DNA of 32,000 nucleotides from Candidatus Fokinia solitaria (GTDB lineage Bacteria > Pseudomonadota > Alphaproteobacteria > Rickettsiales > Midichloriaceae), in NCBI RefSeq assembly GCF_003072485.1, contig NZ_CP025989.1, positions 450,001-482,000 on the forward strand, in the 5' to 3' direction. The notes beneath the pieces were generated by a model. The model had not been told where the DNA came from. It saw nothing but the letters and a program-made list of their open reading frames with translations, and did not search any database. A program made the position numbers and the translations under genes. Of this stretch, positions 1 to 7,547 are shown one piece after another; the stretch's first letter is position 1; each line of letters starts with the position of its first letter.

Positions 1-1
1 A

Positions 2-913
2 AGGCAATACATCATCCAAGAACATGATAGTATATTAGTACAAAGCTTCAAATTTGGCGTATTACCTATAATCGGATTAAGCGCAGCATACTTTCTTATC
101 AATTACTTTTATAAAGAAGGTGATAGCGAAGCTGCAGATACAAAAAACACGAAATATGCTGAAATTAACGTGTGTAATAACGAATGGAGAGAATATTTTG
201 TCATAAATCAAGTATGTGAGAAGCACTTTAAGATTTTAAAAAAAGATAATGAAGAAAGAATAAAAAGGTTACAGACGCAACTCGAGAGAGTAAAAGTAAG
301 AGAGAAAGAATTGCATCACAAAGTAGAAGAAAGTGCACATCACAGAGCAATTTTATCTGAATTAAAAGAAGACAAAAAGAAAATAGAGAATGAATTAAAG
401 AGAATAGAAATATTAAGGCAAAAAAACGAATGCAATATGAAGGATAAGAAAGAAATGAGCGATGATGCAAACAGTAATAACGTCATTAACCGAAATATTA
501 GAAAGGCTTATGATGAAGAACATGCTTTAACACTAAAGGGAAGAAAAGAATATATAGCGGAGTGCTCATTGGTAAAAATTCACGATAATCGAGCGCAATA
601 CTTAGAATCGCAAATATCAAAAGCACTTTCACAATATGAAGCGATGTCAAATGAAGCAGAAAAGTTACCAGTACTAAGCTGCAAGAAAAATAGCTTAACA
701 GAAAGCTTTGCAGTATCGCAGCTTTTTAAAAAGGAAGTTGCTATAACTCAGCAATGCAATGAAGAGGCGCTTCATGATAAATACAACAGGATAAAATACG
801 TCTTACTAGAGCTTTCTGAAGATGAGAAAGCAGAAGTTTGCCTGTATTATAATGAAGCAATAGGAGAAGTAATAAAGAATGGTGAAAATCTCAACGACAT
901 AACATTCGATTAA
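2..913 (+). CDS. Hypothetical membrane-anchored coiled-coil protein, 5'-truncated by the window edge
   Basis: The track starts this ORF at a GTG (170), but the frame is open upstream to base 2, reading RQYIIQEHDSILVQSFKFGVLPIIGLSAAYFLINYFYKEGDSEAADTKNTKYAEIN. This includes a hydrophobic segment, followed by a long charged Lys/Glu-rich coiled-coil-like region. Stop at 911-913. Confidence 0.6.
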   Translation, partial: RQYIIQEHDSILVQSFKFGVLPIIGLSAAYFLINYFYKEGDSEAADTKNTKYAEINVCNNEWREYFVINQVCEKHFKILKKDNEERIKRLQTQLERVKVREKELHHKVEESAHHRAILSELKEDKKKIENELKRIEILRQKNECNMKDKKEMSDDANSNNVINRNIRKAYDEEHALTLKGRKEYIAECSLVKIHDNRAQYLESQISKALSQYEAMSNEAEKLPVLSCKKNSLTESFAVSQLFKKEVAITQQCNEEALHDKYNRIKYVLLELSEDEKAEVCLYYNEAIGEVIKNGENLNDITFD

Positions 914-1070
914 AGCAAGTATCTCATATATGAAAAGTTCTCCTTACTCATATCAAAGTGCTGATAAAATGAAAAGGGGAAAATATCGCAATGCAGCCAG
1001 GCTCATATCTTCTGTACTCTATAAAATGCAAAATCTAATAGCTATCTCGCGATACACAACTCATAAATAA

Positions 1071-2510
1071 TTATCTATTATAGAAATTTTTCGTGAGTAT
1101 AATATCTTCTTCTGACAGTTCATATACTTTATCTTCTACTTCATTCGCTAAAATATACATTTGATTCAAATCTAACATCTTGCAAAAAATCTCCTTCTGT
1201 TTACTCAGACTTAGTTCTTTAAATTCCTCTCTTTCTACAATCGCATCGCCATTTTGTCCTTCAAAAAAGCGTTTCGCATTGAAGTTGTACTTAAAAAAGT
1301 ACTTCTCATAAAGCTTATGAAATAGCTTTTTCAACTCTTCTAGACTATTACAGGATAATAATTGCTCTTTTGCTTTTTCATTCCATTTCGCTAATTCAAA
1401 ATAACAAAAGCTTCCTCCTCCTTCCCATTTTTGATTCTTACTAATGCCTCCTTGCTCTCCTTCAATCACTTTTTCCATTCTCACTTTCGTTATTGTTTCT
1501 ACGTAATCCATTTGCTCTATCATAATCCACCTTCTTTTCATCTTATGCGCTACCGCTCCTGTTGTGCCACTCCCTCCAAAAAAATCTAGCACTATATCTC
1601 CTTCTTCCGTCGATATTTGAATCACCCTTTCTATCAATTCTTCCGGCTTTTGTCCTTGCCCTTTAAAATCTTGCACTAATTCTTTTGCCTGCGTTCTTGT
1701 CTGCAAAGAATAAACATCCCACACATCGCCTATTGGTAACCCTTTTAACTCTGATAAATACACCTTCTCACCATTTCTAAATCTATATTTGCCATTACCA
1801 TCTTCCTTAAAAGAGTTTTGAATATAATTCTCAGTATATTCAGTATATGCTAACTTTTTGTTGAAAAAATATTTACTATTATTCTTACTATAAAACAGAA
1901 TCGTTTCATGTTGACGTACATATCCTTTTACAGTGCTTTTATATCCTGATACACTACCTAAATTCCAAATGATTTCCCTTTGAAAATTTTCTCTACCAAA
2001 TATTTCATCTGTTAAGATCTTAGCATAATGAACTTCATTATAATCTAGAGTTATGTAAATACTTCCATCATCTCTAAGTAATTCTTTAGCAACTTCGAGG
2101 CGATTCTTCATGAATGTAAGCCATGTCGAATGATTGAAGTTATCATTATACTGAAAGCTATCATTACCCGTATTATACGGAGGGTCTATATAAATCAGCT
2201 TTATCTTACCTCTATATATTGGTAGCAGTGAGTACAGTGCTAACAAGTTATTTCCTTTCATCAGTAAATTATCTTTCTCATGATCAATCTCTCCTTCCCT
2301 TTCTCCATAGCTCTTCATATTCATAATCGCTTTCGGATTTAACAAGACATCAATATCATCCTTTGCTATGACTTCATTGAAAAACACTTCTTTTCTCTTT
2401 GAAGGCTTTTCTTCTAATACTCCATCTTTATTGAATCCAATGCCGTAATCTGCTTCATCTTTCGACTGCCCTCCTTCTAAGATACAGTCTTTAAATGGAA
2501 AGTTTAGCAC
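1071..2510 (-). CDS. Type III-like (Mod) site-specific DNA methyltransferase, main catalytic part
   Basis: Contains LNFPFKDCILEGGQ, motif IV DPPYNTG, the SAM-binding motif DFFGGSGTT and GQGQKPEELIERV, all characteristic of beta-class Mod methyltransferases. Confidence 0.9.
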   Translation of the reverse strand: MLNFPFKDCILEGGQSKDEADYGIGFNKDGVLEEKPSKRKEVFFNEVIAKDDIDVLLNPKAIMNMKSYGEREGEIDHEKDNLLMKGNNLLALYSLLPIYRGKIKLIYIDPPYNTGNDSFQYNDNFNHSTWLTFMKNRLEVAKELLRDDGSIYITLDYNEVHYAKILTDEIFGRENFQREIIWNLGSVSGYKSTVKGYVRQHETILFYSKNNSKYFFNKKLAYTEYTENYIQNSFKEDGNGKYRFRNGEKVYLSELKGLPIGDVWDVYSLQTRTQAKELVQDFKGQGQKPEELIERVIQISTEEGDIVLDFFGGSGTTGAVAHKMKRRWIMIEQMDYVETITKVRMEKVIEGEQGGISKNQKWEGGGSFCYFELAKWNEKAKEQLLSCNSLEELKKLFHKLYEKYFFKYNFNAKRFFEGQNGDAIVEREEFKELSLSKQKEIFCKMLDLNQMYILANEVEDKVYELSEEDIILTKNFYNR

Positions 2511-2548
2511 AACATCTCTCGAATGTTTTAAATATCTATTTCTTTCTG

Positions 2549-2848
2549 CTAGTCCGATTTCATTCTGAAGTTTCGTATACGAATTATATATCTCTCCAGC
2601 TTCAAGAAAAAACTTGAAGTCATGTGCTTTATAAATATGCTATATTTCTCTCTTATCGTAAAAAAATGCCTTCTTATTTCTTCATCTTCAAATAATTTAT
2701 CAACTATTTCATCTGTTAATCCTTGATTTGTGCTTCTGCCGTCAGGACATATAAGGCTTATTACCTTCTCTTCATTTAGTTCTCCATCTATAAATAATTC
2801 TTCAAATCTTCTTAATACTTCTTCTATTTTCTTTCTCCATGTCATCAT
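2549..2848 (-). CDS. N-terminal fragment of the same Mod methyltransferase, separated by a frameshift
   Basis: KKIEEVLRRFEELF...LTDEIVDKLFEDEEIRRHFF resembles the N-terminus of type III Mod proteins. The missing linker IYKAHDFKFFLEAGEIYNSYTKLQNEIGLAERNRYLKHSRDVVLNFPFKD can be read in the frame of the downstream ORF. Confidence 0.7.
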   Translation of the reverse strand: MMTWRKKIEEVLRRFEELFIDGELNEEKVISLICPDGRSTNQGLTDEIVDKLFEDEEIRRHFFTIREKYSIFIKHMTSSFFLKLERYIIRIRNFRMKSD

Positions 2849-2922
2849 AAAATCTGTTATTTTTCTCCTTAATAATTGCTCTCTTACTCTTTCGCATTTA
2901 TATCACATACTACTCACTCTCT

Positions 2923-3633
2923 TCAATAATTCAATGATAGATTCTTCTCTTTTCGAATACTTACCTTATTCACAATCTCCTCTACTTTCAACTTCTCATA
3001 CCTTTTTCTTCCACGATACAGTATACCATGCGCTGTAAAAGAGTAATATTTACCTTTCTCAATTTTCACGTCATCCCATAATTCCACAGGTATAATCACT
3101 TGTATCTCATATTTAATACCTTCATACCTAGGATCATCGAACTTCGCTGTGAATTTTACTTCTTTCTTCTCTATCGCATCTTTTTCTGCATGAGTCATTC
3201 TCTTTATACTCTCATGTCGTGACATAAATTGCATCTGCAGCGACTGCACTTTTTCTTCTGATTTTTCCCTTTTTTTGTCCTGTTCATACGAAGCTTGTAG
3301 TTCTTTTCGGCGTTGCTTAATATTACTTTTATCATAAATTACTTTACTATTCTCACCTACACGTACGGTGAAATAACGAAGAGTGGCACTGGATACGTGA
3401 AGAAACGCAATGATCGCTAGCTTACTAGTTGTTGTACTTGGCTTTATAAACCAATCACATATCATATCAAATGCAATATCATTTGCCTTAGTACGAAGAA
3501 ACTCCGTCAAAAAAGCCGTTATTTTAGTTATAAGGCTACCTTCTTTTATTCTAAGTTCGCAGTCAGCTAGTCCATTTTCCGATAAAATAACATTCAAACT
3601 TTCATAGAAAATAGCTACCTGATTCAATGTCAA
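2923..3633 (-). CDS. Hypothetical protein (236 aa), no family recognised
   Basis: Long ORF with a charged central helix (QRRKELQASYEQDKKREKSEEKVQ...) and a C-terminal part rich in predicted beta residues. Confidence 0.6.
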   Translation of the reverse strand: MTLNQVAIFYESLNVILSENGLADCELRIKEGSLITKITAFLTEFLRTKANDIAFDMICDWFIKPSTTTSKLAIIAFLHVSSATLRYFTVRVGENSKVIYDKSNIKQRRKELQASYEQDKKREKSEEKVQSLQMQFMSRHESIKRMTHAEKDAIEKKEVKFTAKFDDPRYEGIKYEIQVIIPVELWDDVKIEKGKYYSFTAHGILYRGRKRYEKLKVEEIVNKVSIRKEKNLSLNY

Positions 3634-3820
3634 TTCTCCTTCATATTACAATTTTAGCTCCAATTCTAGCACTATTTCTGATTTCGGAAACAGCCCTCCC
3701 TGCTTGCGTGGTGAGTTATTTTGAGACATCGAAAGTTCAGAAAAAAAAGAGAATTACATGTTCCCCATCATCTCCTCTCCTTTTCTCCTCATCTCTTCAG
3801 CAAAATAAGAAAGTAAGCAA

Positions 3821-4336
3821 CTAGCGTTTCGAGAACTGTGTACTTTTTCTCGCACCGCGAAGTCCATATTTCTTACGTTCCACCTCTCTACTATCTCTAG
3901 TAAGAAGCTTAAATACTTTTAAAGCTTTTCTTATTTCATTAGCTTCATTATCACCACATACAAGAGCTCTACTAATACCATGCATGATCGCCTGTGACTG
4001 TCCAGTAGTACCGCCACCTTTTACAGTGCAAAAGACATCATATTTCTCAGCTGCGACACCTAATGCAGCGAATGGCTTCACAATACTAGGCATCACATAA
4101 TCTGATGCTGAAAAGTAGTCACTCAAAGATCTGCGATTGACCAAGAATCTTCCTGTACCCTCTGCTATCCATACCCTAGCTACTGACGACTTTCTTCTAC
4201 CTGTGCCATATAAGCGATTTTGAGAAGCGGAAAAAAACTTCTGCTTTTTCTTTTTTACCTTTACGCCAAGACTCATCGTATCAGACGATTTTCCAGCAAC
4301 TGTAGAAACAGAGGCAGTAGTACCAGTATTTTTCAT
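3821..4336 (-). CDS. rpsI: 30S ribosomal protein S9
   Basis: YGTGRRKSSVARVW...GGGTTGQSQAIMHGISRAL...DSREVERKKYGLRGARKSTQFSKR. N-terminus appears extended by about 40 aa, so the true start may be internal. Confidence 0.96.
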   Translation of the reverse strand: MKNTGTTASVSTVAGKSSDTMSLGVKVKKKKQKFFSASQNRLYGTGRRKSSVARVWIAEGTGRFLVNRRSLSDYFSASDYVMPSIVKPFAALGVAAEKYDVFCTVKGGGTTGQSQAIMHGISRALVCGDNEANEIRKALKVFKLLTRDSREVERKKYGLRGARKSTQFSKR

Positions 4337-4353
4337 CTATAAGAAACAAAATA

Positions 4354-4839
4354 TTATGAATTAGTTTTATTAGAATATTCTTTTAATATATTCTCTCTAG
4401 ACATTACGTCTTTTACTTGTGCTTCATGCTTATGAGAATTGCCGCTATATACCTTAAGTTTCTTCATCTGCGCATCAGCTAGAGGACTTTCTTTAGGCAT
4501 CATCCTCTTCACAGCTCTATAAAGCAAACGATGCTGAAAATCGCCAGACATTATCTTACTCCATTTGATGCTTTTGATACCACCTGGATGATTTGTATGC
4601 CAAAAAAACTCCTCCTGCTCAAGCTTCTTTCCAGTCACCTTAATTTTATCTGCATTAATTACCACGACATTATCTCCGCAATCTATATTAGGAGTATAAT
4701 AAGGTTTATTTTTACCGCGCAATATCAATGCAATCCTGGAAGCGAGACGTCCAAGCACAGCACCTTCCGCATCTATCAAAATCCAATCTTTCTTCACATA
4801 AGAAGGTTTGGCAAAAAAGCTTTTCTCCATATAACACAC
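4354..4839 (-). CDS. rplM: 50S ribosomal protein L13
   Basis: WILIDAEGAVLGRLASRIALILRGKNKPYYTPNIDCGDNVVVINADKI...RMMPKESPLADAQMKKLKVYSGNSHKHEAQ. Directly upstream of rpsI, the canonical order. Confidence 0.97.
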   Translation of the reverse strand: MCYMEKSFFAKPSYVKKDWILIDAEGAVLGRLASRIALILRGKNKPYYTPNIDCGDNVVVINADKIKVTGKKLEQEEFFWHTNHPGGIKSIKWSKIMSGDFQHRLLYRAVKRMMPKESPLADAQMKKLKVYSGNSHKHEAQVKDVMSRENILKEYSNKTNS

Positions 4840-4901
4840 TTATAAACTTGTTTACACCATAGTACATTTACATACTAAATTGTCAATACGTCTGAATTTT
4901 A

Positions 4902-5363
4902 TTACTGAGATTTATACCCTGTAGAACCAAAGCCACCATCCGCTCTATCAGTATCAGAAAGTGATACAGCTGCAACAGGTCTGCACGTAACTACGTTTGC
5001 AATTACCATTTGTGCAATTCTCATCCCTCTAGTAACGATAAAATCTTCTGTACTAAAATTCATCAATACGATTCCTATTTCGCCTCTATAATCTGAGTCT
5101 ATCGTACCTGGAGAATTCAGAACTGTCACGCCATACTTCATTGACAATCCCGATCTGCTTCTAATTTGCGCTTCATAACCAACGGGTAATTCTATCGCTA
5201 TTCCGGTACTTATCAGTTTTCTCGTCATGGTACCGATCACGACATCATTTTCCACAGCTGCATAAAGATCCATCCCTGCACTACCTATGGTAGCATATTG
5301 CGGAAGAGGTAAATCTTGAAAATGAGGCAATTTTAAAAACTTCACCTCTAACTTATCAGACAT
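4902..5363 (-). CDS. dut: Deoxyuridine 5'-triphosphate nucleotidohydrolase (dUTPase)
   Basis: Trimeric dUTPase motifs GSAGMDLYA, RSRSGLSMKYGVTVLNSPGTIDSDYRGE and GGFGSTG. Confidence 0.96.
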   Translation of the reverse strand: MSDKLEVKFLKLPHFQDLPLPQYATIGSAGMDLYAAVENDVVIGTMTRKLISTGIAIELPVGYEAQIRSRSGLSMKYGVTVLNSPGTIDSDYRGEIGIVLMNFSTEDFIVTRGMRIAQMVIANVVTCRPVAAVSLSDTDRADGGFGSTGYKSQ

Positions 5364-5392
5364 TTTTTCTAATTATGAAGTATTAATCAGTA

Positions 5393-5713
5393 CTAATCTT
5401 TCAGTACGCTGAAAGTACCGAACTTTCTTTGAAATTCTTTTACCTGATCTACAGTCGCATCAACTGAACGTTCAGAAGTCCATGCTTGATGATTTTTAGC
5501 GGAAATACTCAATGTCATTTCAGAATGCTTGTATGTAGAACGTATTTGAAATTTCGTACCATCAACATCTTTCACTTCCACTACTTTATAGCTTGGATGA
5601 ATAGAACTCGCGTACTTCACTTTCTGAGATTCTCCCTTTTTAGCAGTAGGTGCAGGAGCTTTCCCCTGCACTTTCGTGACTTTCTTTTTTGTATCAACCT
5701 TCTTTTTCATCAC
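5393..5713 (-). CDS. rpmE: 50S ribosomal protein L31
   Basis: SSIHPSYKVVEVKDVDGTKFQIRSTYK...HQAWTSERSVDATVDQVKEFQRKFG. The track ORF has a Lys-rich N-terminal extension; an internal GTG at 5620 gives a conventional length. Confidence 0.88.
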   Translation of the reverse strand: MMKKKVDTKKKVTKVQGKAPAPTAKKGESQKVKYASSIHPSYKVVEVKDVDGTKFQIRSTYKHSEMTLSISAKNHQAWTSERSVDATVDQVKEFQRKFGTFSVLKD

Positions 5714-5785
5714 AATATACTATTTGAATGAGCAACGATCCGATGTATGATGACATACGTATCACTCTAATTCAAGGCTAACGTC

Positions 5786-6376
5786 ATGATGCGCTATATT
5801 TTTGTATTATCTTTATTTTCTATCTGCGCATTCAGCTTTATCGGATGTTGTTCGGTATTCGTAGGTACAATCGCTGGAGTAGGTATTTATTCAGCAACAG
5901 AAAAAAGAACACTCGGCACTCAAGTAGATGATAAAATACTTACAATGGAAGTACGTGGCGTAATCAATAAAACTTGCAATGGTAGGTACTGCGATTTGCG
6001 TTATAATGCATTCGGAGGAGAAGTCGTAGTCGCTGGTAGTATCGATACTGAATATGCGAGAGACATACTAATAAGCAAATTGCGTAAGACTACTAGAGCT
6101 ACAAAAGTATTTGCAGATATATCGATAGATAGCATTCAGCTAAACGAGAAGAATGGCATGCAAGATGCACTTCTGGAAAAAAATATCACACTGAAGCTGA
6201 TGTTAGAGAAAAATGTCGAATCTGGACGGTATTCTGTAATGGTGCATAACAGAGTTGCTTATATATTAGGAAAAGCTGTTAGCAAAGAGGAGTTAGATCA
6301 AGTGATATTAGTTGTAGGAAATGTGAAGGACATTGAAAAAGTGGTGAACTATGCGTATGTATCGAATCGGGCTTAA
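5786..6376 (+). CDS. BON-domain-containing lipoprotein
   Basis: Signal peptide/lipobox-like FSFIGCC; two BON-like halves: TMEVRGVINKT...VVVAGSIDTEYARDI and KLMLEKNVESGRYSVMVHNRVAYILGKAVSKEELDQVILVVGNVKDIEKVVNY. Confidence 0.8.
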   Translation: MMRYIFVLSLFSICAFSFIGCCSVFVGTIAGVGIYSATEKRTLGTQVDDKILTMEVRGVINKTCNGRYCDLRYNAFGGEVVVAGSIDTEYARDILISKLRKTTRATKVFADISIDSIQLNEKNGMQDALLEKNITLKLMLEKNVESGRYSVMVHNRVAYILGKAVSKEELDQVILVVGNVKDIEKVVNYAYVSNRA

Positions 6377-6685
6377 TTGAATTTTAGTGATGGCAAAATG
6401 TCAGAATGGGACACATATGAATTAAAATCGGAAATAAGTAAATTAAAATCGGAAATAGATGACTTGGAATCGAAAACATATAAATTAAAATCGAAAATAG
6501 ATGACTTAGAATCGGAAATAAGCAGCTTAAAATCGAAAACATATAACTTAGAATCGGAAATAAGCAGCTTAAAATCGGAAATAAGCAGCTTAAAATCGGA
6601 ACTGCAGGTAGCGCAAAGCCAAATAGGAAACGGCGGAGTATGGTTCGTTGTAATCTGTATTATAATTTACTTGTGCTGTAAATGA
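6377..6685 (+). CDS. Heptad-repeat coiled-coil protein with C-terminal hydrophobic anchor
   Basis: Repeated LKSEIxxLESxxxx/LKSEISS heptads followed by GGVWFVVICIIIYLCCK. The track start is a TTG; an in-frame ATG lies at 6398. Confidence 0.5.
   Translation: MNFSDGKMSEWDTYELKSEISKLKSEIDDLESKTYKLKSKIDDLESEISSLKSKTYNLESEISSLKSEISSLKSELQVAQSQIGNGGVWFVVICIIIYLCCK
6421..6602 (+). repeat. Degenerate 21-bp tandem repeats, unit approximately ttaaaatcggaaataagcagc
   Basis: Consecutive copies of taaaatcggaaataagcagct and close variants (gaatcggaaataagcagctt, aaatcgaaaacatataa) encoding seven-residue heptads. Confidence 0.75.
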
Positions 6686-6743
6686 ATTAAGATAAATTAA
6701 ACTTTAGAAGATTTGACTAATTATACTCTATCTCACACGGCAT

Positions 6744-6806
6744 GCAGGAAACGTGAAAGATATTGAAAAGGCGGCGCACTACGCATATATATCAAATTGT
6801 ATATAG
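6744..6806 (+). pseudogene. Detached C-terminal fragment of a BON-domain gene
   Basis: Reads A-GNVKDIEKAAHYAYISNCI-stop, closely matching the C-terminus of the 5786..6376 protein (GNVKDIEKVVNYAYVSNRA-stop). DNA ggaaacgtgaaagatattgaaaaggcggcgcactacgcatatatatcaaat vs ggaaatgtgaaggacattgaaaaagtggtgaactatgcgtatgtatcgaat. Confidence 0.7.
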
Positions 6807-6824
6807 TAGTATAATAGTAATGGT

Positions 6825-7547
6825 ATGTCTGAGAAAGAAAAAGAACAACACTCCAAGGTGGAGGAAAATGATGATGCTATTTCAAACGAGAAAGAGGAAA
6901 TTATCAGTGAATTACGCGCCGAACTAGCACTTCTCATCGAAAAACTAGAAGCTACTACAGAAAAAGGTAAAGCTTTAAAGAATCTAAGAAACTTGAGAAA
7001 GCAACTCGAAGCGGAAATTGAGGGAGATGAAGTGCAGGATGAATTAAGCGCCTTCAAAACTCAACTTGAAACGGTAACTGAAAAGAATAAATCCCTAGAG
7101 GAGCAAATAAGTAGCTTAAAAGAAGGATTTTCTTTATCTTTAGCGGAAACAGAAAATCTAAGAAAGCGACATAAAATTGAGCTAGAAAAGGCAGGAAACG
7201 ATTTTATATCGAAGTTTATCGGTGATATGAGTGAAGTTTTTGAAAACTTCTACAGAGCTAGGGAACATGCAGATGGCGGAGAGGACACAATACGCCTCGT
7301 TGCGGATGGCATTAAGATGAATATTAAGATATTTGAGGATACTCTGAGGAAGCATGGCATAGAACGTATTTTCCCTCAAAAAGGCGATTTATACGATTAT
7401 CATAAGCATCAAGCAATTAGCACACTTGAGGACGACGCATATGCGCCTAATTCGATCTTAGAAGTAATGAGAGCAGGATACATGTGCAAAGATCTCTTGA
7501 TTAAGCCTGCTTTAGTGTCCGTTTCTAAAAAAGCGGAAAATGTATGA
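6825..7547 (+). CDS. grpE: Co-chaperone GrpE (nucleotide exchange factor)
   Basis: C-terminal GrpE pattern: IFEDTLRKHGIERIFPQKGDLYDYHKHQAISTLEDDAYAPNSILEVMRAGYMCKDLLIKPALVSVSK. Confidence 0.92.
   Translation: MSEKEKEQHSKVEENDDAISNEKEEIISELRAELALLIEKLEATTEKGKALKNLRNLRKQLEAEIEGDEVQDELSAFKTQLETVTEKNKSLEEQISSLKEGFSLSLAETENLRKRHKIELEKAGNDFISKFIGDMSEVFENFYRAREHADGGEDTIRLVADGIKMNIKIFEDTLRKHGIERIFPQKGDLYDYHKHQAISTLEDDAYAPNSILEVMRAGYMCKDLLIKPALVSVSKKAENV

Noticed and set aside
228-470. Minus-strand 80-aa Leu/Phe-rich ORF
   Set aside because: Antisense shadow of the Lys/Glu-rich coiled coil; hydrophobicity is an artefact of complementing AAR/GAR codons.
2660-2666. 7-A homopolymer as the sole phase-variation switch of mod
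   Set aside because: Shifting frame here would lead into the TAG at 2640-2642 before reaching the downstream coding frame, so a second change would be needed.
2730-3038. Plus-strand 102-aa ORF spanning the Mod N-terminal fragment and the adjacent hypothetical gene
   Set aside because: Overlaps two better-supported minus-strand coding regions and has no domain signal.
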